64,000 bases of DNA from Candidatus Woesearchaeota archaeon (lineage in GTDB: Archaea > Nanobdellota > Nanobdellia > Pacearchaeales > GW2011-AR1): NCBI GenBank assembly GCA_964613185.1, contig CAZTIP010000001.1, positions 52,716 to 116,715 on the forward strand. The letters are read 5' to 3'. Numbering within the stretch: position 1 is the stretch's first letter; each line of letters begins with the position of its first letter. Position numbers and translations under genes: made by a program. Positions 10,385 to 17,488 of the stretch are shown in pieces. Below the pieces are notes generated by a model. It was not told the origin of the DNA. It saw only the letters and a list, made by a program, of their open reading frames with translations, and did not search any database.

Positions 10385-11005
10385 ATGGACCTAATAAAAG
10401 AGGCATTTTTAAAAATAAAAGAAGATATTTCAGAGTTAAGAGATGAAATTACAAAAATTAATAAAAAAATAAACATTTTACATTCTAAAAACAACATTCA
10501 GACAACTCCAACAGACAGACAAACACAAAATCAGACAATTCAGACACAAAATTCACAATTAAACAAAAATTTACACTTAAATCATCAATTCTCCATAGGA
10601 AATGAAGGGGTTCCAACAGACAGACAGACAAACCAACAGACAGACAAACACATAAAAAAAGACCCTATTTCTGAATTTAAACAAGCAAATGAGGTTCTAA
10701 ATTCATTAGATACTATAAAAAAAGGAATAATGTTTAAATTTAAGAGTTTAACACCCCAAGAAATGTTAGTTTTTAGCACATTATATAGTTTGGAAAGTCA
10801 AAACAACGAAACAACTTACAAAACTCTTGCAAAAGAAATAAATCTCAGTGAGTCCTCTATAAGAGATTATATTAATAAATTGATCAAAAAGGGCGTACCT
10901 ATAGAAAAAATAAGACTAAATAATAAAACTATTTTGTTAAAAATCTCTGAAGATCTAAAAACCGTGACTACTTTAGACACAATCATAAAACTACGTGATT
11001 TGTGA
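10385..11005 (+). CDS. Coiled-coil + low-complexity linker + C-terminal winged-helix DNA-binding protein. It is a paralog of 11287..11958.
   Basis: N-terminal heptad-like MDLIKEAFLKIKEDISELRDEITKINKKI. PTDRQT peptide repeats. C-terminal LTPQEMLVFSTLYSLESQNNETTYKTLAKEINLSESSIRDYINKLIKKG. Confidence 0.6.
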   Translation: MDLIKEAFLKIKEDISELRDEITKINKKINILHSKNNIQTTPTDRQTQNQTIQTQNSQLNKNLHLNHQFSIGNEGVPTDRQTNQQTDKHIKKDPISEFKQANEVLNSLDTIKKGIMFKFKSLTPQEMLVFSTLYSLESQNNETTYKTLAKEINLSESSIRDYINKLIKKGVPIEKIRLNNKTILLKISEDLKTVTTLDTIIKLRDL

Positions 11006-11082
11006 CTTCTCGGAACGTTTAATTTAAACGTTACTTTAGACACAATCATTTTATATCAAAAATTCATCAAAATCAATTTAAT

Positions 11083-11105
11083 GTTATTCGGTTAAACGAT
11101 TAACT
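11083..11105. promoter_or_regulatory. Degenerate copy of the dif-like recombination site: GTTATTCGGTTAAACGATTAACT.
   Basis: It aligns with the palindromic site at 14210-14233, including the shared flank AACTAAA..GG. One arm has diverged (GATTAAC versus GAATAAC). Confidence 0.35.
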
Positions 11106-11286
11106 AAAGGCATTAAACTTTCTCTTTTTCATTTTCCAATTTAACCCTGAATCTTACTTATTCAGGCCCGTTATTTTAGCTATTTTTTACGAAAAAACCG
11201 CCGTTTTCAAAAAACTAAACTTTTTAGGTTTTGATAAACTCACTTTTCTGAAAAAATAAGTAAAATTAAATATTAGATTTTTAATA

Positions 11287-11958
11287 TTAATCCTCACTTT
11301 TTCGGTTTTTATGGTTTTTTTCACTCGCAACTTTAACTTTAATGCTCTTTAGTATGTTTGAGCTGATTTCTTCAGGAATATAAAGCCTTTTTTTACCATT
11401 TGATTCTCTAGATTCCCTTACTAAACCCTCACTTTTCTGTTTTATAGTATTTATTTGCCCCCTCACAGTACTTTTATCCTTTCCAAGCAATGCTGCAAGA
11501 TCTTCATAACTTAACCTCATATCTGCATTTAACAATGTCCATACAATTGCCCTTTCCATTACGGTTAAATTCTCTAAAACATCTGTTTGAACGGCTGTTT
11601 GCACAGGTGTTTGGACAGCACTGGACAATGGTTGTTTATTCACTTTTGTTGAAGGTTGTTTGGACAATCCCTGTCCAAAGAAAGAAATAAAGTCTTTCAT
11701 TTCCAAAATATCATTTTGAATTGATAATAATTGGTCCTTAACTTCCAATAATTCACTTTCACGTGTGTCGTGTTTATCGTCTATATGTTTAATCCATTGA
11801 CCCACTTTTCCAAAATCCTCTTTGACCCGATTAAAGGAATCTTGCACTTCATCCTTAAGATCTTCAACTCTTTTTTTATGTCCAAATAATCCAAACATCT
11901 TACTTAAACTTAATAAAATATCTTTATAAATGTTTCGTGCTGTCCAAACAACAAACAA
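11287..11958 (-). CDS. Coiled-coil + Q/T/V-rich linker + winged-helix DNA-binding protein, possibly a Rep-like iteron-binding protein or an autoregulator.
   Basis: 223 aa. C-terminal LTVMERAIVWTLLNADMRLSYEDLAALLGKDKSTVRGQINTIKQKSEGLV aligns with the C-terminus of 10385..11005. TGTCCAAAC-type repeats lie inside the gene's 5' end and upstream of it. Confidence 0.6.
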   Translation of the reverse strand: MFVVWTARNIYKDILLSLSKMFGLFGHKKRVEDLKDEVQDSFNRVKEDFGKVGQWIKHIDDKHDTRESELLEVKDQLLSIQNDILEMKDFISFFGQGLSKQPSTKVNKQPLSSAVQTPVQTAVQTDVLENLTVMERAIVWTLLNADMRLSYEDLAALLGKDKSTVRGQINTIKQKSEGLVRESRESNGKKRLYIPEEISSNILKSIKVKVASEKNHKNRKSED

Positions 11959-12180
11959 CTAAAACAACAAAAACATCCAACAAAACAACCAAAAACTCTT
12001 GTTTAAACAAAATTCTCTCGCCATTGTCCAAACCCTAAACACTAACTTTTATAGACGATAAATTTTAAAAAACACTCTTTTAGTGTCCAAAAAACTTTAA
12101 ACACCTGTCCAAACACCCAAAGATCACTCCAAACACTTAAACACACATAATTTAAATTAAACACCTGTCCAAACAAACAA
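11600..12180. repeat. Iteron-like array of at least 7 copies of TGTCCAAAC (core CTGTCCAAACA). It includes two identical 19-mers TTAAACACCTGTCCAAACA and one inverted pair TTTGGACA-n6-TGTCCAAA.
   Basis: Read directly from the sequence. Copies sit at about 11607 (reverse), 11659/11673 (inverted pair), 11941, 12035, 12086, 12111 and 12168. Most lie in the 340 bp upstream of the minus-strand coiled-coil/wHTH gene. Confidence 0.6.
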
Positions 12181-12302
12181 CTAAAATTAATAACTTTTTC
12201 AAAAATCTTTAAAAAAACTCCTCAAATTAACAAAAAACTATCCAAAATTTGACAAAATAGGCCAAACAAAAAAGTTATAAACTAACCTCCCTAAGGGAAT
12301 TT

Positions 12303-12593
12303 ATGCAATTTCAAAAAAAAGTGGTAGATTCAATGTTAATTTCTTCAGCAACATTAATCACTTCTTTCATTCTTCCAATAATTCCATGTCGTATTGCTCC
12401 TACCGTTCCCAACCCAGATTACAAATGGTCATTATGTGATATGAATCCAGATTTAGCGTCAGAAACAAATTCAATAAAAGAATATTTAGGATATTCAACA
12501 TCCCTCACAGAATCATATTTTTTAGTACTTTTAATAACATTCATAGCAGTAATGATTTTTTTTCATTACACTACGAAAACTAAAAAAGAATAG
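12303..12593 (+). CDS. Small membrane protein (96 aa), hypothetical.
   Basis: ORF with two predicted TM segments. Confidence 0.4.
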   Translation: MQFQKKVVDSMLISSATLITSFILPIIPCRIAPTVPNPDYKWSLCDMNPDLASETNSIKEYLGYSTSLTESYFLVLLITFIAVMIFFHYTTKTKKE

Positions 12594-12603
12594 GAGGTAA
12601 AAA

Positions 12604-12792
12604 ATGGAAGAAAACTCTTTAATGGGGATATTTGCATGGGGTGTCGGAATACTAGTTTCACTTGCAGTAGGTTCTGGAATGATTGACGGGACTTTAGTAA
12701 TTCCCGGACTTAATCAAATAACAGTTGTTGCCGGATGGGCAGTTGTTGTTGGTGCAATCCTTAGCGTAATCCTAGCAATTTTCAACAAATAA
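12604..12792 (+). CDS. Small membrane protein (62 aa), hypothetical.
   Basis: The ORF is preceded by a GGAGGT Shine-Dalgarno-like motif and is Gly/Ala/Val-rich with 2 TM segments. Confidence 0.4.
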   Translation: MEENSLMGIFAWGVGILVSLAVGSGMIDGTLVIPGLNQITVVAGWAVVVGAILSVILAIFNK

Positions 12793-12796
12793 TTTT

Positions 12797-12845
12797 ACCA
12801 AAGATTTATTTTTATTTTTATTTTTATTTTTATTTTTATTTTTTC
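12797..12845. repeat. Simple tandem repeat (TTTTTA)n, about 7 units.
   Basis: Read directly from the sequence. Confidence 0.85.
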
Positions 12846-12966
12846 AAAACACTTTCAAAACACTTAGTAACTAAGGTAACCTTAGTGCACGACATCAAAC
12901 CAACAACAGAATTTGAAAACCCCTAAACACCAAAATTATTATAAACTTAGGAGTATTTAATATAAA

Positions 12967-13338
12967 ATGGCGCCATACATTTTTATTCGTCAGGAAGGTC
13001 ATAACGATAATTATCAAATCACAACCGATTTATCAAAAGCTGATGCACAAAAATTGATGCAAAAAACATTAAATTGCTTTGGCACAGAAACAGTTCAAAA
13101 TCCAACATCAAGGAATTATCCGAGGGGAGAAAACCTATTAATTGAAGAAGTGAGCCAAACAGATTATAACTCGAGGAATTATTTCACTGGAGAGGAGCAG
13201 ATAGAAGTTCAATACACTTTAAAATCTAATCGCCCACCAAACCAAATAAAATCTATAATTCAAAAAGGATTAATTTTAATCGAAACTTCAAATCAAAAAT
13301 GGCCAAGCGATCTCAAGGGAATGGAGTTACGAGAGTGA
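12967..13338 (+). CDS. Hypothetical protein (123 aa).
   Basis: Clean ORF with no motif recognised. Confidence 0.45.
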   Translation: MAPYIFIRQEGHNDNYQITTDLSKADAQKLMQKTLNCFGTETVQNPTSRNYPRGENLLIEEVSQTDYNSRNYFTGEEQIEVQYTLKSNRPPNQIKSIIQKGLILIETSNQKWPSDLKGMELRE

Positions 13339-13495
13339 TTAACAAAAGTTCGCACAATAAAAAAACAATCAAAAAACAATCAAAAAATCACAAAAGTTCG
13401 CACAATATACATTGTATGACGTTCTTATATTAAAAAACGAACGGAAATAGCCCGTTTGCACAAAGTTTTTATATGCGAACGGCTTTTTTTGGAAA

Positions 13496-13975
13496 ATGAT
13501 TAAAGAATGTGTTAATTGCAAAAACGAAAAGGAGCACCATGCAAAAGGGCTATGTTACCAATGTTACAAAAAATTAAAATGGGCCCCAAAAATTCTGAAA
13601 TGTAAAAGGTGCCAAAAGAAAAGGGCAATCCATGCAAAAAACCTCTGCGCAAGTTGTTATAATTATACATTTCATTTAGATAAAAATCGCGCGTACAATC
13701 ATCGAAAATCAAATAATGTTGATCTTAAAACTTATCGAAGGACTACAAAAGCCTGCGTAATCTGTGGATTTGACAAAATAGTCGATTTGCACCACATAGA
13801 TTCAAACAAGGAAAACAACTCTCCAAAAAATTTAATTGGATTGTGCCCCAATCACCACAGGATGATAAATAATTATAATTTTCGGCAGGGAATCTTCCAA
13901 ATTCTAAAAGAAAAAGGATTTGACTTGCCTTTGGATGAAAAACTCAATTTCCATAAGAATCAGGACTCTTTGTAG
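13496..13975 (+). CDS. HNH endonuclease with two N-terminal zinc-ribbon modules.
   Basis: HNH motif DLHHIDSNKENNSPKNLIGLCPNHHRMIN. The upstream module CxxC...HAK(G/N)LCxxCY occurs twice. A TATA-like TTTTTATAT sits about 28 bp upstream. The gene ends with TAG. Confidence 0.75.
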   Translation: MIKECVNCKNEKEHHAKGLCYQCYKKLKWAPKILKCKRCQKKRAIHAKNLCASCYNYTFHLDKNRAYNHRKSNNVDLKTYRRTTKACVICGFDKIVDLHHIDSNKENNSPKNLIGLCPNHHRMINNYNFRQGIFQILKEKGFDLPLDEKLNFHKNQDSL

Positions 13976-14209
13976 AACTATCTTTAAATCAAATTTAAGG
14001 CAATTTAAACCTCTAATTCTATTTTTTTGAACAAATAGTCATACAATTCACAAAAACTATCAAAATAAGCAATTTTATTTAAAAAATTAATTCAAAAAGT
14101 GAGAGTTAATCTTTAAAATTTTTTAAAAACAAACAGAAGAGACTAGCTTAAAACCAAATTTTGCCGACGATAAAAAATTCAAGAAAAACCTAAAAAAAAA
14201 GAAATAAAT

Positions 14210-14233
14210 AGTTATTCGTTAAACCGAATAACT
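14210..14233. promoter_or_regulatory. Perfect palindromic dif-like site AGTTATTCG-TTAAAC-CGAATAACT, 62 bp upstream of the tyrosine recombinase gene. It has two 9-bp inverted arms and a 6-bp spacer.
   Basis: Read directly from the sequence. The architecture matches Xer-type core sites: inverted arms around a 6-bp central region. Confidence 0.45.
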
Positions 14234-14295
14234 AAAAAAGGTTTTTAACCCCAAAAATTATAAACTCTTCAAGATTTCAAAGAAAGAAAAAGCAG

Positions 14296-15114
14296 GTGAT
14301 GGAACTTCAAGAATTTTTAAAAAAAATTGAAATAGAATTAAAAATATCTAAAAACTCAGATTATACCTTGAGAAATTATCTTAAATCAAATAAGGATTTT
14401 TTAGAATTTACAAAAAAATCTCCCGAAAATTCAGAACAAGAAGATGTAAAACATTTTATAGCAGAAAATCTCGCAGACAAATCTTCAAACTCTATAATCC
14501 TTTTTTTATCTGCAATAAAATATGCATATTCTTCTGTTTTACAAAAAGACATAACTTCAAATATTAAAAGACCAAGAAAAGAAAAGAGAATTCCAAAAGT
14601 TTTGTCAAAAGAGGAAATAAAAAATTTTTTAGAAGTTCTTCAAAATGAAAAATCAAAATTAATGGTAAGTTTAATTTATGCATGCGGACTTCGAGTTTCA
14701 GAATTAACAAATTTAAAAATTTCTGATTTAAATTTTCCCGAAAAAATTGGATACATTAAACAATCAAAAGGGAAAAAAGACCGATTATTTAATATTCCCA
14801 ATTTTCTATTCGAAGAATTAAAAGACTATACGGAAAAACAAAAAGGAAAAGAATTTTTATTTACTGGAAAAAATGGGAAACTTTCATCAAGAAATTTACA
14901 AAAAATAGTTTCCTCTGCATCAAAAAGGGCAGGGCTTGAAGGAGTCCATTGTCACACCCTAAGACATAGTTTCGCAACACATTTACTCGAGGCAGATACA
15001 GATATAAGGAAAATTCAAGAACTTTTAGGGCACTCCGATTTATCTACTACTCAAATTTATACTCATGTATCTGCAGAAGAATTAAAAAAAATAAAATCTC
15101 CAATAGATTTTTAA
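14296..15114 (+). CDS. Tyrosine site-specific recombinase, XerA/XerC/XerD family.
   Basis: 272 aa. Catalytic signature ...GLRVSEL... then HTLRHSFATHLL... then LLGHSDLSTTQIYTHV, giving the R, HxxR and H/Y residues. Confidence 0.9.
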   Translation: MMELQEFLKKIEIELKISKNSDYTLRNYLKSNKDFLEFTKKSPENSEQEDVKHFIAENLADKSSNSIILFLSAIKYAYSSVLQKDITSNIKRPRKEKRIPKVLSKEEIKNFLEVLQNEKSKLMVSLIYACGLRVSELTNLKISDLNFPEKIGYIKQSKGKKDRLFNIPNFLFEELKDYTEKQKGKEFLFTGKNGKLSSRNLQKIVSSASKRAGLEGVHCHTLRHSFATHLLEADTDIRKIQELLGHSDLSTTQIYTHVSAEELKKIKSPIDF

Positions 15115-15134
15115 ATTAAAATTTAATTAAAAGT

Positions 15135-15377
15135 TTATCTTCGTTTCTTTTTAGAAGAACTTTTTTTAGTAGTTTTTTTAGACTCAACACTACAACAACT
15201 TCCACAAGAATGGGATTTTATTGAAGCAATTATAAAAATAATTACGAACCACCAAACACTGATTCCAAAGAACATGTCTGCAAGTGTTGTCCACAAACTT
15301 AAAACTGCAATTGTAAGCGAAATAGTAGCAATCTTTCCAGTAAATCCGCTCCAACAACCATCATCTTTATTTTTCAT
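15135..15377 (-). CDS. Small 2-TM protein with a CGSCC motif and a polybasic C-terminal tail, hypothetical.
   Basis: ORF-track ORF. Two hydrophobic helices followed by KK/KR-rich residues. Confidence 0.35.
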   Translation of the reverse strand: MKNKDDGCWSGFTGKIATISLTIAVLSLWTTLADMFFGISVWWFVIIFIIASIKSHSCGSCCSVESKKTTKKSSSKKKRR

Positions 15378-15427
15378 AGTTTCACCTCATTTAATTAAGC
15401 AAAAAAAGAAAAACAACTATAAAAACA

Positions 15428-15898
15428 TTACTTTTTCAAAAGTTTGAATATTTCAAAAACATCTTTTCCTTTAATATCTGTAGAAAGTGTTTTCTCTGAT
15501 TCAGAGCAATCTTTCAGTACGCGATTTCCAATATAGGTTGAATCGAAACCTTCTATAGAACGAACTTTACAAACACCATCACAAGAAACCAACTCATCTG
15601 AAAATTCAAAAAGTTTTTCTTTGGCAAAATCCGGAAACTCAGAAAAATTACCATAATCTCCAAAATCAGAAAAATTAGTTTCATTAAAATTTTCTTCATA
15701 ATTTTCAAAGAGGTTCAAACAATCGTCCACGTTTTCACAAGAGTGCTCCAGTTCAGTATAATTTCCAACACAAATTTCAACAGTTTCAAAAACATAATAA
15801 TTATAAAAATAAAATCCTGCCAAAAAAACAATCAATAAAAGGACAACAAAAGAAATAAAAAAAATTTTTAAAATATTTCTCTTAGCCATAAAAATCAA
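15428..15898 (-). CDS. Membrane-anchored Cys-rich secreted protein, hypothetical.
   Basis: N-terminal TM segment. Several Cys pairs and an acidic domain. Confidence 0.45.
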   Translation of the reverse strand: MIFMAKRNILKIFFISFVVLLLIVFLAGFYFYNYYVFETVEICVGNYTELEHSCENVDDCLNLFENYEENFNETNFSDFGDYGNFSEFPDFAKEKLFEFSDELVSCDGVCKVRSIEGFDSTYIGNRVLKDCSESEKTLSTDIKGKDVFEIFKLLKK

Positions 15899-15938
15899 AA
15901 TACGAAATAATTTATAAATTCTTTCCTTTTAGAATTAT

Positions 15939-16472
15939 ATGGTTTGTGCAAAATGCGATTATCAAGATTTAAAAGAATTAAAATTTTTTAACAAAACTCT
16001 TTGTCAAATTTGTGCAAAATTCGCTCCAAAAGAAAAAGAAAAATTAAATGAGTATCTCGATGAAAAAATAGATTGGAAACTTTTAGAAACTTTTAGGAAA
16101 AATAGTCAGGAATCTGGAAAATCAAAGAAAGAGGGAATGGGTAAAAAAGCAAGTGGAGGCGATTTGGTAACTCGTCCTCCAAAAGGTTATGAAGTCATCT
16201 CTGGAAAGTTAATTCCAAATAAGGATGCATCAAAAATACATTCACTATTCAGGACATTTATCAATAGGAACTATTCCCTAAACTCTTTAGCAAGAAATTT
16301 CACACTTTCTACAAATGGTGTAAAAAAAATTCTAACTAATCGGACCTATCTTGGAGAAATAAAATTCAATGGGAAAATCCATAAGGGAAATCATCAAAGC
16401 ATAATCTCTCCAGAAATTTTTTACGCAACTCAAAGGAAGTTGAAAGGTTATCTAAAACCAAGAAAAAAATAA
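15939..16472 (+). CDS. Serine-recombinase remnant. It has an N-terminal zinc ribbon and a large-serine-recombinase 'recombinase' domain but no resolvase catalytic domain.
   Basis: ...PPKGYEVISGKLIPNKDASKIHSLFRTFINRNYSLNSLARNFTLSTNGVKKILTNRTYLGEIKFNGKIHKGNHQSIISPEIFYATQRKL matches the recombinase-domain pattern (PxGY ... iL.N..Y.G ... H.piI..e.F..vQ). No S/R catalytic core is seen. Confidence 0.55.
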   Translation: MVCAKCDYQDLKELKFFNKTLCQICAKFAPKEKEKLNEYLDEKIDWKLLETFRKNSQESGKSKKEGMGKKASGGDLVTRPPKGYEVISGKLIPNKDASKIHSLFRTFINRNYSLNSLARNFTLSTNGVKKILTNRTYLGEIKFNGKIHKGNHQSIISPEIFYATQRKLKGYLKPRKK

Positions 16473-16477
16473 AAAAT
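16451..16477. repeat. Left copy of the 27-bp perfect direct repeat TCTAAAACCAAGAAAAAAATAAAAAAT. It overlaps the stop codon of the recombinase remnant.
   Basis: Identical copy at 17040-17066. Confidence 0.85.
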
Positions 16478-16508
16478 AAAAAAAATTTAATTTGCCCAAA
16501 TAATTTTA

Positions 16509-16997
16509 TTAAATTTCTATTTCAAAAGCACCAACATAGCTTTGTGACCCGTGGTCAGAATTACTTACCAGCGTAGGTATTGTGTAAACTGTTACAACAT
16601 AGTTTCCAGAATCGTGAAAGCCGGTTGAGGTAGAAATTTCTTCAAGAGCCGAACTAACAATATTTCCCGAAGTTCTTGTACTTATCACTGAATTTTCTCC
16701 ATCTGAAATGACTATCTTGACATACGCTGCACCTGTTGTATCACCTATATTTCTAAGGTCCATACTTAATAATCGATTACATTTCAAATCACTTGTACGG
16801 CATCCATATTCTCCTCTTGAATAAAGGGGGTCGGTAACTACATTTTCAGCAATAAAATAAGGGGGGGATACGGCAGGAGAGCCCTGAGGTTCAGAGTTAT
16901 TTGAAACCACTAAGGAAACTATCACTGCAACTATCACCGAAATTAATATTGTTGTTAAAACTTGATTTTTATCCATTTTTTTTAAACCCCCTTTCAA
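16509..16997 (-). CDS. Secreted/membrane-anchored protein, hypothetical. It is the cargo of the DR-flanked cassette.
   Basis: N-terminal TM segment followed by a Ser/Thr/Gly-rich domain. It looks GC-richer than its surroundings by eye. Confidence 0.5.
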   Translation of the reverse strand: MKGGLKKMDKNQVLTTILISVIVAVIVSLVVSNNSEPQGSPAVSPPYFIAENVVTDPLYSRGEYGCRTSDLKCNRLLSMDLRNIGDTTGAAYVKIVISDGENSVISTRTSGNIVSSALEEISTSTGFHDSGNYVVTVYTIPTLVSNSDHGSQSYVGAFEIEI

Positions 16998-17030
16998 ATT
17001 ACTTTCTTTTTAAAGGGGGGGTATTTATAC
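16985..17030. terminator. G/C-clamped hairpin: CCCCCTTT - 17-nt loop - AAAGGGGG. Poly-G runs are otherwise very rare in this sequence.
   Basis: Inverted repeat read from the sequence. It lies between two minus-strand genes. Confidence 0.3.
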
Positions 17031-17039
17031 TTTTTGATT

Positions 17040-17066
17040 TCTAAAACCAAGAAAAAAATAAAAAAT
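17040..17066. repeat. Right copy of the 27-bp perfect direct repeat.
   Basis: Identical to 16451-16477. Confidence 0.85.
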
Positions 17067-17488
17067 CAGGGGTTGTACTTATTTTTTAAAAGATCTAAAA
17101 GAAGACTATCTGTAGTTGCAAGACTTAGGGAATTCCGAACCTTGTAAATTTCTTCATCAAGGTCTTCAAAAAGAATATTTAAATTGGGGGAATGTTCTTG
17201 AAAAACACTTTTTGGAATCAATTCTCCAAAAATTTTTAAAAAACTTCTTTTTTCTACAAGAGAGTCATAGTAATTAAAAGTTGCATTGATATGGTCTTCC
17301 AAATTTTTTTCAAGATTTAATGTTGATTGGTCTGTTAAAGTGTTTTCTAGATATTTTTCAAGAAAATTTTCAATTTCTCCATTAATAGAATAAATTTCAG
17401 AAAGCTCATATTTCATAGAAGAAATTTCATGAGACTCTTTTATCAATTTTCCAATCTTTCCAAAAATAATTTCATACTTTTCTTCCAT
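17066..17488 (-). CDS. Hypothetical protein (140 aa).
   Basis: Clean ORF with no motif. Confidence 0.45.
   Translation of the reverse strand: MEEKYEIIFGKIGKLIKESHEISSMKYELSEIYSINGEIENFLEKYLENTLTDQSTLNLEKNLEDHINATFNYYDSLVEKRSFLKIFGELIPKSVFQEHSPNLNILFEDLDEEIYKVRNSLSLATTDSLLLDLLKNKYNP

Larger units (their letters stand above)
11083..14233. mobile_element. Putative IMEX-like integrated module, bounded by two dif-like sites and lying next to a XerA-type recombinase gene. It carries a coiled-coil/wHTH (Rep-like?) gene plus an iteron array, two small membrane proteins, one hypothetical protein and an HNH nuclease.
   Basis: Direct-orientation dif-like sites at 11083-11105 and 14210-14233. The recombinase gene starts at 14296. 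Parts of the segment look more GC-rich than the flanks by eye. Confidence 0.35.

Noticed and set aside
12797-12845. A (TTTTTA)n array and other short direct repeats, considered as possible CRISPR.
   Set aside because: The unit is only 6 bp with no spacers. No repeat-spacer architecture and no cas genes occur anywhere in the window.
14296-15114. Calling the tyrosine recombinase definitively a phage-type integrase, or definitively chromosomal XerA.
   Set aside because: Sequence features fit the XerA/XerC/XerD family either way. The adjacent palindromic site and the mobile-element context are compatible with both roles, so I left the family call and flagged the ambiguity.
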